DNA of 64,000 nucleotides from the NCBI GenBank assembly GCA_048940925.1, contig JBHLOC010000023.1, positions 18,980 to 82,979 on the forward strand, written 5' to 3'. Below are positions 11,056-22,045 of this stretch, piece by piece. Both the position numbers and the translations under genes were made by a program. A model generated the notes under the pieces. That model had not been told where the DNA came from. It did no database searches and was given only the letters and a program-made list of their open reading frames with translations. The first letter of the stretch is position 1. The number at the start of each line of letters is the position of its first letter. Origin of the DNA: Promethearchaeota archaeon (GTDB lineage: Archaea > Asgardarchaeota > Lokiarchaeia > Sigyniarchaeales > SOKP01).

Positions 11056-12180
11056 GTGAAAATAGGTACAATAAAAGGTATTGGAATTAAAATTCATTTA
11101 TCGACGCTTTTAATTGTTGGGTTAGTAGGTTTTTATGCTGCTAGTTTCTATATTTCAATAAATAATAATGCTCCATTCATTGAGATTTTTACAGTAGGTC
11201 TGTTAAATGGATTAATAATTTTAATTTCAATTCTGATTCATGAATTAAGCCATTCTATTATGGCTCAACGATATGGTCTTGAAGTAAAGGAAATTGAATT
11301 ATACATATTTGGCGGAGTTTCTAAAATAGAAGAAGAGCCAAAAACCCCAAATTCAGAAATGCTAATAACTTTTGTTGGTCCTTTATCAAGTTTATTAACA
11401 GGAGGGATTTTACTAATAATAAATCTTTTACCCTTATCTGCTCCCGCTTTAATTTCGTTTACTTTATTTTATTCCGGTATTTCAAATATAGGATTAGGAA
11501 TTTTTAATTTACTTCCTGCATTTCCTATTGATGGAGGAAGAATATTACGTGCTCTTTTATGGAAACGTCGAAATAATTTGATATCTGCTACACGAACTGC
11601 ATCTAATGTTGGTGTTATAGTTGGTTATGGTTTAATAGTATATGGAATCTTCCAAATTTTTACATTAGGATTTATAAACGGATTATGGTTAATCTTAATG
11701 GGTTCATTTTTAAACTCATCTGCAAGGCAATCTTATACTCAAACTGTAAATGATGTGGCTCTCTCAAGCATAACTGCAAAGGAAATTGTTAATTTACCCA
11801 ATTTTAAAATTCCATTTGAAATAAATATATTAGAAGCATTACGAAGTTACTTTTTTCCTTATAAAAAATCTTATTTCCCTGTCGTTCAAGACTATAAAAT
11901 AGTAGGATTAGTTCATATTGAAGATATCAAAAAAATACCTATAGAACAAAGATCCAATATAATTATTGGATATGTCATGAGAAAAATCTCTGAATTTCCT
12001 TATGTAAACATCGACGACACAGGAAAAGAAGTGATGAAAAAATTAAGAAAATCAGGCAAAAAACCATATATTGGTATTGTACGAGAAAGAGAGAATGGCG
12101 CTTTAATAGGATTCATAGCAGAGGAAGATTTGATTTCTTCATTAAAATTCTGGGATTTAAATCAAAAAAACCTTAATTAA
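11056..12180 (+). CDS. Site-2 protease (M50) with C-terminal CBS-like pair
   Basis: HELSH zinc motif, FNLLPAFPIDGGRIL, several TMs, CBS-like C-terminus. Confidence 0.9.
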   Translation: MKIGTIKGIGIKIHLSTLLIVGLVGFYAASFYISINNNAPFIEIFTVGLLNGLIILISILIHELSHSIMAQRYGLEVKEIELYIFGGVSKIEEEPKTPNSEMLITFVGPLSSLLTGGILLIINLLPLSAPALISFTLFYSGISNIGLGIFNLLPAFPIDGGRILRALLWKRRNNLISATRTASNVGVIVGYGLIVYGIFQIFTLGFINGLWLILMGSFLNSSARQSYTQTVNDVALSSITAKEIVNLPNFKIPFEINILEALRSYFFPYKKSYFPVVQDYKIVGLVHIEDIKKIPIEQRSNIIIGYVMRKISEFPYVNIDDTGKEVMKKLRKSGKKPYIGIVRERENGALIGFIAEEDLISSLKFWDLNQKNLN

Positions 12181-12212
12181 AATTTTTTTAAAAAACAAAC
12201 TAGATGAAAAAG

Positions 12213-12740
12213 CTAGATAAAGAAATTTAATTCTTCAATACATACATCTTTTTCAACATCATTTTCAAGAAAGTTAACTTCAACCTTTTTTATTTTATTA
12301 CCCAATAATTTTTGAAACACTGTTTCAAAGTATCCCTTATTTACTCTGCAAAATGTTTTACCATAATCTAATCTTTCACGGTTTTTGATGGATTGACGCA
12401 AGAAACAATGATTTTCTATGATTATTCTATATCTATCAGCATATTGTTCAATATCACGGATTTGCACCGAGTAATATTCTTTTAATTCATCCATTAAAAT
12501 TACAATAGCTTCCATCATTTCAAATTCTTCCTTATTATATTCTTTTTTGATTCTCTCTGCTATTATAGTACCTGGAAAGACTCCTATTTGATATAAAATT
12601 GAAAGCAGACTATTTCTCCCAAAAACATCATATACTTTGTATACAAGACTCTCTGTAATAATCTCAAATCCTTTAACAGAATTAATATTTTCAATTGGAT
12701 TATGAATTCTTTCATTTAATTTCTTTTTATACTCTTCCAA
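12213..12740 (-). CDS. V4R-like small domain protein
   Basis: LYQIG...G, HCF, FCRVNKGYFETVF and C-terminal VC pattern resembling the V4R fold. Confidence 0.55.
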   Translation of the reverse strand: MEEYKKKLNERIHNPIENINSVKGFEIITESLVYKVYDVFGRNSLLSILYQIGVFPGTIIAERIKKEYNKEEFEMMEAIVILMDELKEYYSVQIRDIEQYADRYRIIIENHCFLRQSIKNRERLDYGKTFCRVNKGYFETVFQKLLGNKIKKVEVNFLENDVEKDVCIEELNFFI

Positions 12741-12867
12741 TATTGAGTTCCCCTAATTACAAGAATGAGGTGTGATAACTTTTCTTTTGCTAATAAATAA
12801 ATATAACATTCAATCTATTTAAAAATATAATTTAAAAAAAAAAAATTCGTTATATTGTAATAGAAAT

Positions 12868-13614
12868 TTATAATATCGCTGTTTTTCTCTGAAATAAAAC
12901 AATGCCAATCACTATTAATCCTAGTCCCCACAGAGCGACGTAAATTAAATTTAATCCAACCACATCAAATGCAATACTACCCTCAAGCATTACAGCAACC
13001 ATAGCTTCTTTAGCTAAAGATGTAGGTATAAAGTTTATAATAGGATCAGTAAGTAATCCGCCCAAAAACTGGAGAGGTAAAATGATAAACCAGGCTATAC
13101 CTGAAGCTGATCCACCAGATTTAACAAATGATGCAAGTAATAGACCAAATCCAAGAGATACAAATGCAACCAAGAATGGAATAAAGAATAATAAGAATAT
13201 ATTAGCATTAGAATTAAAATAAGCCCCGAACAATAAACACAATAATAGCATAATAATAATTTGTATTGTTCCTACTATTAATTGTGAAGCCATACCTGAA
13301 GCTAATACTGCTGAACGTGAGACAGGAGTAGTTATTAGGCGTTGTAATGTTCCTGATTCTTTTTCTTCAGCAAAATGACTTGCTAATTGTGAAATTAATA
13401 CAATTGGAGCTAATATTATAATACCTGGAGCAAATAGTTCAAATACCGTATATGGTGTTCCTTCAACAAGTCCTTCTCCATATCCAAACCTTAATAAGAG
13501 TATGAAAACAAATGGATACCCTAAAATCCATATTACTTGAAATTTGTCGCGGATCATGGATTTAAAATTTTTAATAGTTAAGTACCATACCTGTTTGGTG
13601 AATTTGGGTTCCAT
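12868..13614 (-). CDS. ABC-2 type transporter permease
   Basis: Six TMs, EEKESGTLQRLITTPVSR motif; abuts the ATPase gene. Confidence 0.9.
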   Translation of the reverse strand: MEPKFTKQVWYLTIKNFKSMIRDKFQVIWILGYPFVFILLLRFGYGEGLVEGTPYTVFELFAPGIIILAPIVLISQLASHFAEEKESGTLQRLITTPVSRSAVLASGMASQLIVGTIQIIIMLLLCLLFGAYFNSNANIFLLFFIPFLVAFVSLGFGLLLASFVKSGGSASGIAWFIILPLQFLGGLLTDPIINFIPTSLAKEAMVAVMLEGSIAFDVVGLNLIYVALWGLGLIVIGIVLFQRKTAIL

Positions 13615-14552
13615 TAATCTCTCAACCTCCTACCTGTTAAATCAATAAATACATCTTCCAATGTATTTTTACGAACAGAAATATCTTCCATTCTTACTAC
13701 AACTTTATCCATAATTTCAGATACCCGCCTTAATCCATCGAGAGCATTAAGAACAACTCTGTGCTTTCCAACAGACTTTCCCCATCTAACAAAATCTAAA
13801 GTCTTTACTCGCTCAATTATTTCTTCTCTCTGGTCTGCTTCTTTAACTTTGAATTCTAATATATCTCCTTCACCTAATTTTCCTTTTAATTCTTCAGGAG
13901 TGCCTTGAGCAATAATCTTTCCATAATCAATTATAACTAGTTCATCTGAAAGATCATCTGCTTCTTCCATGCTATGTGTTGTTAATATAATTGTACTTTC
14001 TTTTTCTTGAAAATCTCGAATAAAATCCCATACAACTCGCCGTGATTGAGGATCAAGTCCAGCTGTGGGCTCATCAAAAAATAATAGTTCTGGTTCATGA
14101 ATCACAGCCATTAGCACGTTTATTCGTCGTTTCATTCCACCAGAAAAGTTTTTAACTAAATCACCAGAACGATCTAATAAATTCATTTTTCCTAATAATT
14201 CATCTGTTCTTTCTTTATAATCTTTTTTTACCATCCCGTGCATTTGTGCAATTAGATGAATATTCTCTTTTGCATTTAATCGCGGATAAATTACAAGTTC
14301 TTGAGGACATACCCCAATACGTTTTCTAATTTCACGAGCTTCTTTTCTGATATCAAAACCTAATACTTTAGCATCTCCGTCAGTAGGGTGTAAAACAGTT
14401 GACAACATTCTAATTGTGGTTGTTTTACCTGCTCCATTTGGTCCAAGAACACCATATAATGAACCTTTTAGTATTTTTAAATCTATTCCATCCACAGCAT
14501 GAATATCATCAAAATACTTTTTTAAATTGTTGGTTTCAATCGCTATTTCCAT
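13614..14552 (-). CDS. ABC transporter ATP-binding protein (DrrA-like)
   Basis: GPNGAGKTT, FSGGMKRR, FFDEPTAGLDP, TTHSMEEAD. Confidence 0.95.
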   Translation of the reverse strand: MEIAIETNNLKKYFDDIHAVDGIDLKILKGSLYGVLGPNGAGKTTTIRMLSTVLHPTDGDAKVLGFDIRKEAREIRKRIGVCPQELVIYPRLNAKENIHLIAQMHGMVKKDYKERTDELLGKMNLLDRSGDLVKNFSGGMKRRINVLMAVIHEPELLFFDEPTAGLDPQSRRVVWDFIRDFQEKESTIILTTHSMEEADDLSDELVIIDYGKIIAQGTPEELKGKLGEGDILEFKVKEADQREEIIERVKTLDFVRWGKSVGKHRVVLNALDGLRRVSEIMDKVVVRMEDISVRKNTLEDVFIDLTGRRLRD

Positions 14553-14687
14553 AAAAATCCCTCTATTAAAAATTATAATAGATAGTGTTTGTTTTAATTT
14601 TTTTAAATATAAATCTTTCCAATACCTTACAAGAATGATTAAGAATATTTTATGATAAAAAGTTCCGTTAATAAAGAAGAAAGAAGA

Positions 14688-15170
14688 TCATGGAGAGTTG
14701 TTTAAAAAAATAATTTTATCTATTGCTTTCTTAACGTTCTTGTCAATATTCTTTAAAACATTTCTATAAGTAGCACTTGAAGTAAAATAAGGATCGATTA
14801 TATCTAGGTCTTCCATTTCTCCGTTAAATTTTCTTAATGTACAAGTTTTTTTATCAATATTTTTGATGTTATTAAAACGACTTTTAATATCTTTAGAATG
14901 TTTTCTTTCCATTGTAAGGATTAAATCTTGGTTTTTTAATAAAGAATGAGTAATTAATTGAGGATGAAAATCTGAGTGATCAATATTTTTTAAATTTAAA
15001 TATTCTTGAGACTCTCTTTGCATATATGAAAACGCATTTATAAATCCAGCACTGCTAAAAATTAGATCAACGTTACTTCTTTTAGCATAATAACGAGCTA
15101 GGTATTCAGCTGCAGGAGATCGTGCCGTATTTCCTAAACATACAAAGAGAACATGCTTAATTTTATTCAT
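14688..15170 (-). CDS. Low-molecular-weight protein-tyrosine-phosphatase family protein
   Basis: VLFVCLGNTARSP P-loop (CX5R), DLILTM, DIIDPY. Confidence 0.88.
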   Translation of the reverse strand: MNKIKHVLFVCLGNTARSPAAEYLARYYAKRSNVDLIFSSAGFINAFSYMQRESQEYLNLKNIDHSDFHPQLITHSLLKNQDLILTMERKHSKDIKSRFNNIKNIDKKTCTLRKFNGEMEDLDIIDPYFTSSATYRNVLKNIDKNVKKAIDKIIFLNNSP

Positions 15171-15295
15171 ACTATATCAATTATGAAAAAAACTTGAAAT
15201 TTAATTAAAATTTATGGTTAAAATTCTAACAAAAGTATTAAATAAAATAAAACCTCTAAAGAGTAATAATAATAATTATTTTTTGAATATTTAAA

Positions 15296-16939
15296 ATGAA
15301 AAGTGAATCCGTTAAACAATGGTTTATTAGAGTATTTGTAAGAGATATCAACATACCTAAGAACACATGGATTTATTTATTCTTCTCTTTACTTTCTATT
15401 GTATTGGTTGCTGAATCTTTTTTATTTAGATATACAGTTATAACTGGTGGAGTGTTGTTTGTACAGATTGAAATTTATATTTTTTTACTCATACTTGCTA
15501 TTAGTTTTATTATATCTGGTATTGTTGTTGATTTAATTAAGAACAGAACAAAATATTTCAATTTAATGCTATTATTCTGTATTATTGGGCTTTTTCTAAG
15601 TGCTTTTCAGGGAACGATTATATATTATATAGGATTATTAATTATACTCTTAACGATTCCTCAATTAGTTATATTATGGTTCACTATATTTGTTCATGAA
15701 ACTAATATATTAAATCGGGGCAGAGTAGCGGCTTATTTATTGATCTCTTGTTTTTCCTTAGGATACATTTCTGTTGTTTTTATATTGTTTGACTTTTTAT
15801 ATATTTATTTCAGCCTTTTAGAATTCGGACTTTTAATAGTTATTTTATGGGCTTCCCGCAAGTACTCATATATAGAGACCCCAAAAAGATTAAAATCAGA
15901 CAAGAAATACTTCAAAATTATTTTTGAAAAGCATTTTTTTAGATATTCTTCAAGCTTTACAATATTAAGTTTTATTTTGGGAGATTTAATCGCAAGATAT
16001 ACTTTTGAAGTTGATCTTTTAATTTATGCAATCGCATCTTTTTCCTATATTATAGCTGCAGGTTGTTTTTTAGATAATATCGGTCGTAAAACTTCAATTG
16101 TATTGGGAATTTACGTTCTTTCATTTTTTCTTATATCTTATGGCTCATATATTAACGCTGATTATATTTTTGGTATGCCTAGAAAAACATTTCTCTCAAT
16201 TCACTATGGTTTCTCGATATTACCTCTTTTGCTTGCAATCTTTACAATTTCGGGAGATTTTTCAACAGAACGAGGGAATTTAAAATTTAGGGGACGTATA
16301 AATGGTCTATTTATGTCATTATTATTTTTTGGAGCAATAATGGGATTTGTATTTAGTCGTTGGCTAAATGATATATACAGTAGATTTCCAGTTTTATACG
16401 AATATTTGCCTAATATCCCAGATCTTTTAAATGGATTTATCCTAGTTGCTCTTTTAGTGTGGATGATGGCAATGAAAGAGTTTTTAGTCTCTACAGATAA
16501 GAATTGGGCAAAAACATTGAAAAATATCTTTATTCTTAATAAACATGGAGTATGTCTTTATCATCACAGTTTTGAACATAAAGACTTGTTTAAAGAAGAA
16601 GAAGAACACTCTGAATTAGATGAAGATCTTATATCAGGAGTTTTATCAGGAGTGATTTCTATAATATCTGAAATAACACGTAGCAAAAAACAGCTGAGAC
16701 AAATCCAAAAAGAAGAGGCTACTTTAATATTTGCATATGGAAAATATCATATTATTGCTTTAATCGTATCTATGGAATTGCCAGTTCTATTTAAAAAACT
16801 GGATGAATTCTCAAGAGAGTTTGAACAGAAATTTAGTAAAGAGCTAAAAAATTTCAAGGGAAATGTTCAGCGTTTTGATCCGACCAAATTTCTTGTAGTG
16901 AAGTATTTCAGTCAGAAATACGGAGAAATTGCTGAATAA
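15296..16939 (+). CDS. Polytopic (MFS-like) membrane protein with C-terminal longin-like domain
   Basis: About 12 TMs with DNIGRK loop; soluble C-terminus IFILNKHGVCLY...DEDLISGVLSGV...FxxxF typical of Asgard longin-like domains. Confidence 0.7.
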   Translation: MKSESVKQWFIRVFVRDINIPKNTWIYLFFSLLSIVLVAESFLFRYTVITGGVLFVQIEIYIFLLILAISFIISGIVVDLIKNRTKYFNLMLLFCIIGLFLSAFQGTIIYYIGLLIILLTIPQLVILWFTIFVHETNILNRGRVAAYLLISCFSLGYISVVFILFDFLYIYFSLLEFGLLIVILWASRKYSYIETPKRLKSDKKYFKIIFEKHFFRYSSSFTILSFILGDLIARYTFEVDLLIYAIASFSYIIAAGCFLDNIGRKTSIVLGIYVLSFFLISYGSYINADYIFGMPRKTFLSIHYGFSILPLLLAIFTISGDFSTERGNLKFRGRINGLFMSLLFFGAIMGFVFSRWLNDIYSRFPVLYEYLPNIPDLLNGFILVALLVWMMAMKEFLVSTDKNWAKTLKNIFILNKHGVCLYHHSFEHKDLFKEEEEHSELDEDLISGVLSGVISIISEITRSKKQLRQIQKEEATLIFAYGKYHIIALIVSMELPVLFKKLDEFSREFEQKFSKELKNFKGNVQRFDPTKFLVVKYFSQKYGEIAE

Positions 16940-17171
16940 AATATTCAGTAATATTCATATCTTTTCTTTAGATCTAATAAAAAGTTCATATAAATGAATC
17001 AATTTTTACAGCTGTTCTTATCAAGATTTAGCCATAAAATTAAATAAAAAAGCATACTAACAGATAATGCAAATATTAAATTTATGAAATTCAGATCTTA
17101 ACTAAATATTATAAACTATAGTAAATAAAATAATATCTATTAGATTTAGATATATCTATAATGCGTTCAAG

Positions 17172-18812
17172 ATGAAAAGGAGTGTCAAAGACAGGTTTAT
17201 CAAAACATTTGCTAGAGATGTAGAAATAGATAGAAACATATTCTTTTACTTATTTTTTACATTTCTGGCAGTTATATTTATAGTTGAATATTTCATCATT
17301 AAATCATTAATTAACATGCAGAAGGGATTAACACGGGAGCTTCCAGCGATTTATATTCTTTTAATAATCTCACTCATTTTTCTATTGTCTGGTTTTCTTG
17401 TTGATATCATTAAAAATAAGACACGATTATATATCGCAGCTCTTCTTATTTGCATAATAGGTTTATGTTTAACTTTTCATCCGTCTCCCCTCATAGATCT
17501 TTTTAGCATATTAATTATCCTATTTACAATACCAATATTAATAATTGTATGGTTTTCAACTTTAATCCATGAAACGAATATTTTAAATCGATCAAGAATT
17601 ACTGCCATAATATTAGTATTTTCTTTCCTATTTGGTTTGATCAACCTTATCTTTGTATTTTTCAAAGATTTTTTCATATTTCTTATAATTATAGAGTTTA
17701 TATTTTTGATAATTATCGTATTATATTCAAAAAACTATCAATATATTGAAACTGAAGAGAGACTTAAATCTGAAAAGAAATATTTGAAAATAATTTTTGA
17801 GAAGCATTTCTCTAGATATTCAATTAGTTTGGCCTTGTTAAGTGGTCTTTTAGGAGGATTATTGTATACTACCATAGATATATTTGACAGATTTGAGATA
17901 GATATTATTACATTTTCTATTATATCGTTTTTTTATGTTCTAGCAGCAGGTTGGTTCTTTGATAATATTGGTCGAAAGACAACTCTAGTCATCGGGATTT
18001 TGATTGTATCTTTTTTTTATATAACACATGGTTCTTTTTATCATGCTCCTATGCCAAGTATATTTGGTATCCCCCTAAATATCCATATATCTATTCATTA
18101 TGCGTTCGCGATTCTTCCACTTATATTAGCAATATTTACGATATCTGGAGATTTTTCGACTGAAAGAGGTAACTTGAAATATAGAGGCGCTATTAATGGA
18201 CTTTTTTTGGCTTTAATGTGTTTTGGTATCGCATTAGGTTATTTATTATATCGATTAATTAATTTGATCCCCGAAATAGAAGAATGGGCACCAAATTTAC
18301 CAAATCTGTTAAACTCATTTGTTTTAGTTATTGTATTAGTGTGGATGATGGCAGGAAAAGAAATCCTAATCTCAAAAGAAAGGGAATGGGCTTCTTCTAT
18401 CAAACAACTTTATGTATTAAATTATCATGGGGTGTGCCTTTACCATAAAAACTTTGAACTAAAGGAAAAGAATAAAGATAAGCATGATATAGATGAAGAT
18501 CTTGTATCAGGCACTCTTTCAGGAATAGTAACAATCGTAACAGAAATAACAAAAAGTAAAAAACATCTTAGAAAGATAATTAAGGAAAATAACTATTTTT
18601 ATTTTTCATACGGAAAATATCATATTGCAACTTTAATATCAAGTTTAGAATTACCCGTTTTATTAAAAAAACTTGATGAATTTTCAGGAGAATTTGAGGA
18701 ATCCTTTGTAGAAGATCTTAAAAATTTTCAAGGAAATGTCACACGGTTTGAACCAACTAAGTATTTAGTTAAGAAATACTTTGAACAAAAACATATCTTA
18801 CTTGGTAAGTAA
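17172..18812 (+). CDS. Polytopic (MFS-like) membrane protein with C-terminal longin-like domain, paralog of 15296..16939
   Basis: Shares HETNILNR, KIIFEKHF, DNIGRK, IFTISGDFSTERGNLK, HGVCLY, DEDLxSG, YGKYHI, KKLDEFS. Confidence 0.7.
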   Translation: MKRSVKDRFIKTFARDVEIDRNIFFYLFFTFLAVIFIVEYFIIKSLINMQKGLTRELPAIYILLIISLIFLLSGFLVDIIKNKTRLYIAALLICIIGLCLTFHPSPLIDLFSILIILFTIPILIIVWFSTLIHETNILNRSRITAIILVFSFLFGLINLIFVFFKDFFIFLIIIEFIFLIIIVLYSKNYQYIETEERLKSEKKYLKIIFEKHFSRYSISLALLSGLLGGLLYTTIDIFDRFEIDIITFSIISFFYVLAAGWFFDNIGRKTTLVIGILIVSFFYITHGSFYHAPMPSIFGIPLNIHISIHYAFAILPLILAIFTISGDFSTERGNLKYRGAINGLFLALMCFGIALGYLLYRLINLIPEIEEWAPNLPNLLNSFVLVIVLVWMMAGKEILISKEREWASSIKQLYVLNYHGVCLYHKNFELKEKNKDKHDIDEDLVSGTLSGIVTIVTEITKSKKHLRKIIKENNYFYFSYGKYHIATLISSLELPVLLKKLDEFSGEFEESFVEDLKNFQGNVTRFEPTKYLVKKYFEQKHILLGK

Positions 18813-18826
18813 TTTAACATTAATTT

Positions 18827-19321
18827 TTATGATTTATTAATTTCAATAATTTTCCTAAGAGTATTTATAACACCCTTTTCAATTCGCTCAAGAACCATAT
18901 TATATTCTTGTTGAGGTAAATAAAATGGATCTTTAATCTCTAAATTCTCTTTTTCTCCGGCAAAAGTTAATAATAAATATAATTTCTTATCAAGATTTTC
19001 AAGATTTTTAAACTTTCTTTTCAATTTGTTAATATGGTGCTTTTGTTCGAATCCTAAAATTAGATCTTGTTTTTCCAATAATTGAATATCAATTTTTTTT
19101 GTTTTAAAATCCCCAATCTCTATACCTTTAGATTTTAAATAATTGATAGTTTTTGGTTGAGCAGTTTTATAGTAATGATAGATCCCAGCAGAATCGAATT
19201 CGACTTCCTTTAATTCTTTTTTATATACTGTATTTTTTAGCCAATTTGCATATGCTTCAGCAAATGGGCTTCTACAAGTATTTCCTGCACAATAAAAGAG
19301 GACATGTTTTATCTTTGCCAT
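18827..19321 (-). CDS. Low-molecular-weight protein-tyrosine-phosphatase family protein
   Basis: VLFYCAGNTCRSP, DSAG, DLILGF, IKDPFY. Confidence 0.88.
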   Translation of the reverse strand: MAKIKHVLFYCAGNTCRSPFAEAYANWLKNTVYKKELKEVEFDSAGIYHYYKTAQPKTINYLKSKGIEIGDFKTKKIDIQLLEKQDLILGFEQKHHINKLKRKFKNLENLDKKLYLLLTFAGEKENLEIKDPFYLPQQEYNMVLERIEKGVINTLRKIIEINKS

Positions 19322-19542
19322 TTAAATCATTTCCCAATCTTACTTGATCTTGAATTTATACTTTCAAAAAAAATTTTTGATTGACTTCAAAAGTGAATAA
19401 AATTATGAACAAAACAATGAATAAGAACTTAGCAGTTAATTGAAATAACCATGGATTGTGAAAAAAATACAGAATTTAATTTTCTAAGAAATAAATTTTT
19501 AATGTGATTATTTGTATTTTAATATAAGTTTCTATTTTATTA

Positions 19543-21135
19543 TTGGAAAAAAGTAAAAGTCTATTGAAGTCAAAAACAGATTTTTTAATTATTGGGAGCG
19601 GAATTTCTGGGCTATCCTTAGCTCTTTATCTTTCAAAATTAGTTCCAGATGAAAGAATTTTATTAATCACCAAGGAAAGCCTTCACCAAAGTAGTACCTA
19701 TAATGCTCAGGGAGGGATTGCTTGCGTCTGGAATAATAATGATAATTTTGAAAAGCATATACAAGATACTTTAATTGCAGGAGATGGATTATGTGATGAA
19801 AAAGTAGTAAGGCATATTATTACTCAAGCTCCAGAAAGAATAAAAGACTTAATAGATTTCGGTGTGGAATTTAATAGAAATGAAGATGGTGAATTTAATC
19901 TTGGACAAGAAGGGGGACATTCAGAAAGAAGAATACTCCATGTAAACGATCAAACAGGTCAGACCATCGAACAAACTTTAATAAAAAATGTAAAAAAAAT
20001 AACAAATCTTGAAATTAAGGAAAAATGGTGTGCGGTTAATTTATATGTTAAAAATTTAAAATGTCATGGTGCGTATGTTTTAGATCAGGAAACTGATGAA
20101 ATTTATAATATTGCTTCAAAAGCTACCATTTTAGCCACAGGAGGTGCAGGTAAGATATATCTTTACACCACTAATCCCGACATAATTTCGGGAGATGGTA
20201 TTGCAATGGCGTATCGAGCAGGTGCTATGATATCTAACATGGAATTTTATCAGTTTCACCCTACCTGTTTGTATCATCCTTATGCAAAAGCATTTTTAAT
20301 CACAGAAGCATTAAGAGGTGAAGGGGCAATCTTAAAAGATTTTAGGGGAAATGAATTTATGCAAAAATATCATCCACAAAAAGATTTAGCCCCACGTGAT
20401 ATTGTATCAAGAGCTATTGATGCAGAACTAAAAAAGTCTGGAGATGATTATGTCTACCTAGATATTGCATCCTATAGAGATCCTAATTTCATTAAAGATC
20501 ATTTTCCTGGAATCTATGAAAAATGCTTAGAGTTTAATATAGATATTACAAATGAACCTATTCCAGTAGTTCCCGCAGCACATTATTGTTGTGGAGGTGT
20601 GAAGGCTGGAATTGATGGTACTACAGATATAAAAAATCTTTTTGTCATTGGGGAAGCTTCATGTACAGGATTTCATGGAGCAAATAGATTAGCAAGTAAT
20701 TCATTACTTGAAGGTTTAGTTGGAGCATATGAATGTGCAAATTATTTATCAAAACACATTTCTAATTTAAAGATCAAGGATTTTATTGAATGGGAGCATG
20801 GTAATGCTGTTCCTTCAACTGAAGCAGTAGTAATAACACAGAATTGGGATGAAATAAGAACTTTAATGCAAAATTTTGTAGGAATCGTCAGATCAGATAT
20901 GCGACTTAAAAACGCACTTAAAAGAATAAACTTATTTTCAGAAGAAATTGATTTCTATTACTGGAATTATAAGATTGAGAAGAATTTAATAGAGTTAAGA
21001 AATCTATCTATGGTAGCTGAAATCATAATCAGATGTGCCTTATCTAGAAAAGAAAGTAGAGGAACTCATTTTAATGAGAATCACCCCATTAGATTAAAGT
21101 TAGCAAGAAATTCTTACATAAAAAGACCTTGGTAA
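19543..21135 (+). CDS. nadB: L-aspartate oxidase
   Basis: IIGSGISG, AQGGIA, EGGHSERRILH, EFYQFHPT, LITEALRGEGA, LAPRDIVSRAI, PAAHYCCGG, HGANRLASNSLLE. Confidence 0.93.
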   Translation: MEKSKSLLKSKTDFLIIGSGISGLSLALYLSKLVPDERILLITKESLHQSSTYNAQGGIACVWNNNDNFEKHIQDTLIAGDGLCDEKVVRHIITQAPERIKDLIDFGVEFNRNEDGEFNLGQEGGHSERRILHVNDQTGQTIEQTLIKNVKKITNLEIKEKWCAVNLYVKNLKCHGAYVLDQETDEIYNIASKATILATGGAGKIYLYTTNPDIISGDGIAMAYRAGAMISNMEFYQFHPTCLYHPYAKAFLITEALRGEGAILKDFRGNEFMQKYHPQKDLAPRDIVSRAIDAELKKSGDDYVYLDIASYRDPNFIKDHFPGIYEKCLEFNIDITNEPIPVVPAAHYCCGGVKAGIDGTTDIKNLFVIGEASCTGFHGANRLASNSLLEGLVGAYECANYLSKHISNLKIKDFIEWEHGNAVPSTEAVVITQNWDEIRTLMQNFVGIVRSDMRLKNALKRINLFSEEIDFYYWNYKIEKNLIELRNLSMVAEIIIRCALSRKESRGTHFNENHPIRLKLARNSYIKRPW

Positions 21136-21220
21136 GAATAATTTACCTTATAGAACTATAATTTTAAATTCTTACTCTCATTTATATTGATAAACTTAAA
21201 CTTAAAGATTTTGAGCCTTA

Positions 21221-22024
21221 ATGTCGAATATTGGCAAGAATATTAGGATAGAACGAATAATCGATCGGAAAAGTAAGAGAACTATTATAATTCCCATGGA
21301 TCATGGACTCACACTGGGAACTATTAAAGGTCTTGAAAATATTGCTAAAATGGTTGACGAAGTTGCACGAGGAGGAGCAAATGCAGTGTTAATGCATTCA
21401 GGGATGGTCGGAGCAGGACATCGCCAATATGGAAAAGATATTGGTTTAATTATACATTTATCTGGAGCTACAACTTTAGCACCCGATCCAGATAGAAAAG
21501 TACTTGTCTGTTCTGTAGAAAGAGCATTAAAAATGGGTGCTGATGGTGTTTCCATCCATATTAATATAGGTGCCGATGAAGAACCTGAAATGCTCCAAGA
21601 TGCAAGTAAAGTAGTAGAAGCTTCAAGAGTATGGGGTATGCCATTGGTGGCAATGATGTACCCTAGAGGAAAAAAAATAATAGATGAGAACGATCCAGAA
21701 GTTGTAAATATAGCTGTAAGAGCAGGAGTTGAATTGGGAGCTGATATTATTAAAACAAATTATACAGGAGATATAGATTCCTTTCAATATATAGTTAAAA
21801 GTGTTCATCCTCCAGTAATAATTGCTGGAGGTCCTAAAATGGATACAATTCCAGATTTGTTCCAAATGGTCTATGATTCAATTCAAGCGGGAGGAGCTGG
21901 TGTAGCATTTGGTCGAAACATATTTCAGTCGGAAGATCCAGCAAAAATTGTTTCAGGGATCTCGAAAATCGTTCATGAAAATTACACTGTCGATGAAGTT
22001 TTAAAAGAGTATAAATTTGCATAA
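21221..22024 (+). CDS. DhnA-type class I aldolase, probably 2-amino-3,7-dideoxy-D-threo-hept-6-ulosonate synthase
   Basis: [49 protein letters not shown]. Confidence 0.8.
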   Translation: MSNIGKNIRIERIIDRKSKRTIIIPMDHGLTLGTIKGLENIAKMVDEVARGGANAVLMHSGMVGAGHRQYGKDIGLIIHLSGATTLAPDPDRKVLVCSVERALKMGADGVSIHINIGADEEPEMLQDASKVVEASRVWGMPLVAMMYPRGKKIIDENDPEVVNIAVRAGVELGADIIKTNYTGDIDSFQYIVKSVHPPVIIAGGPKMDTIPDLFQMVYDSIQAGGAGVAFGRNIFQSEDPAKIVSGISKIVHENYTVDEVLKEYKFA

Positions 22025-22045
22025 CAGAAAAAAACAATTACAAAC

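Noticed and set aside
17147-17158. 12-bp palindrome TAGATATATCTA upstream of the second TM-longin gene
   Set aside because: Single AT-rich instance, not seen upstream of the paralog.
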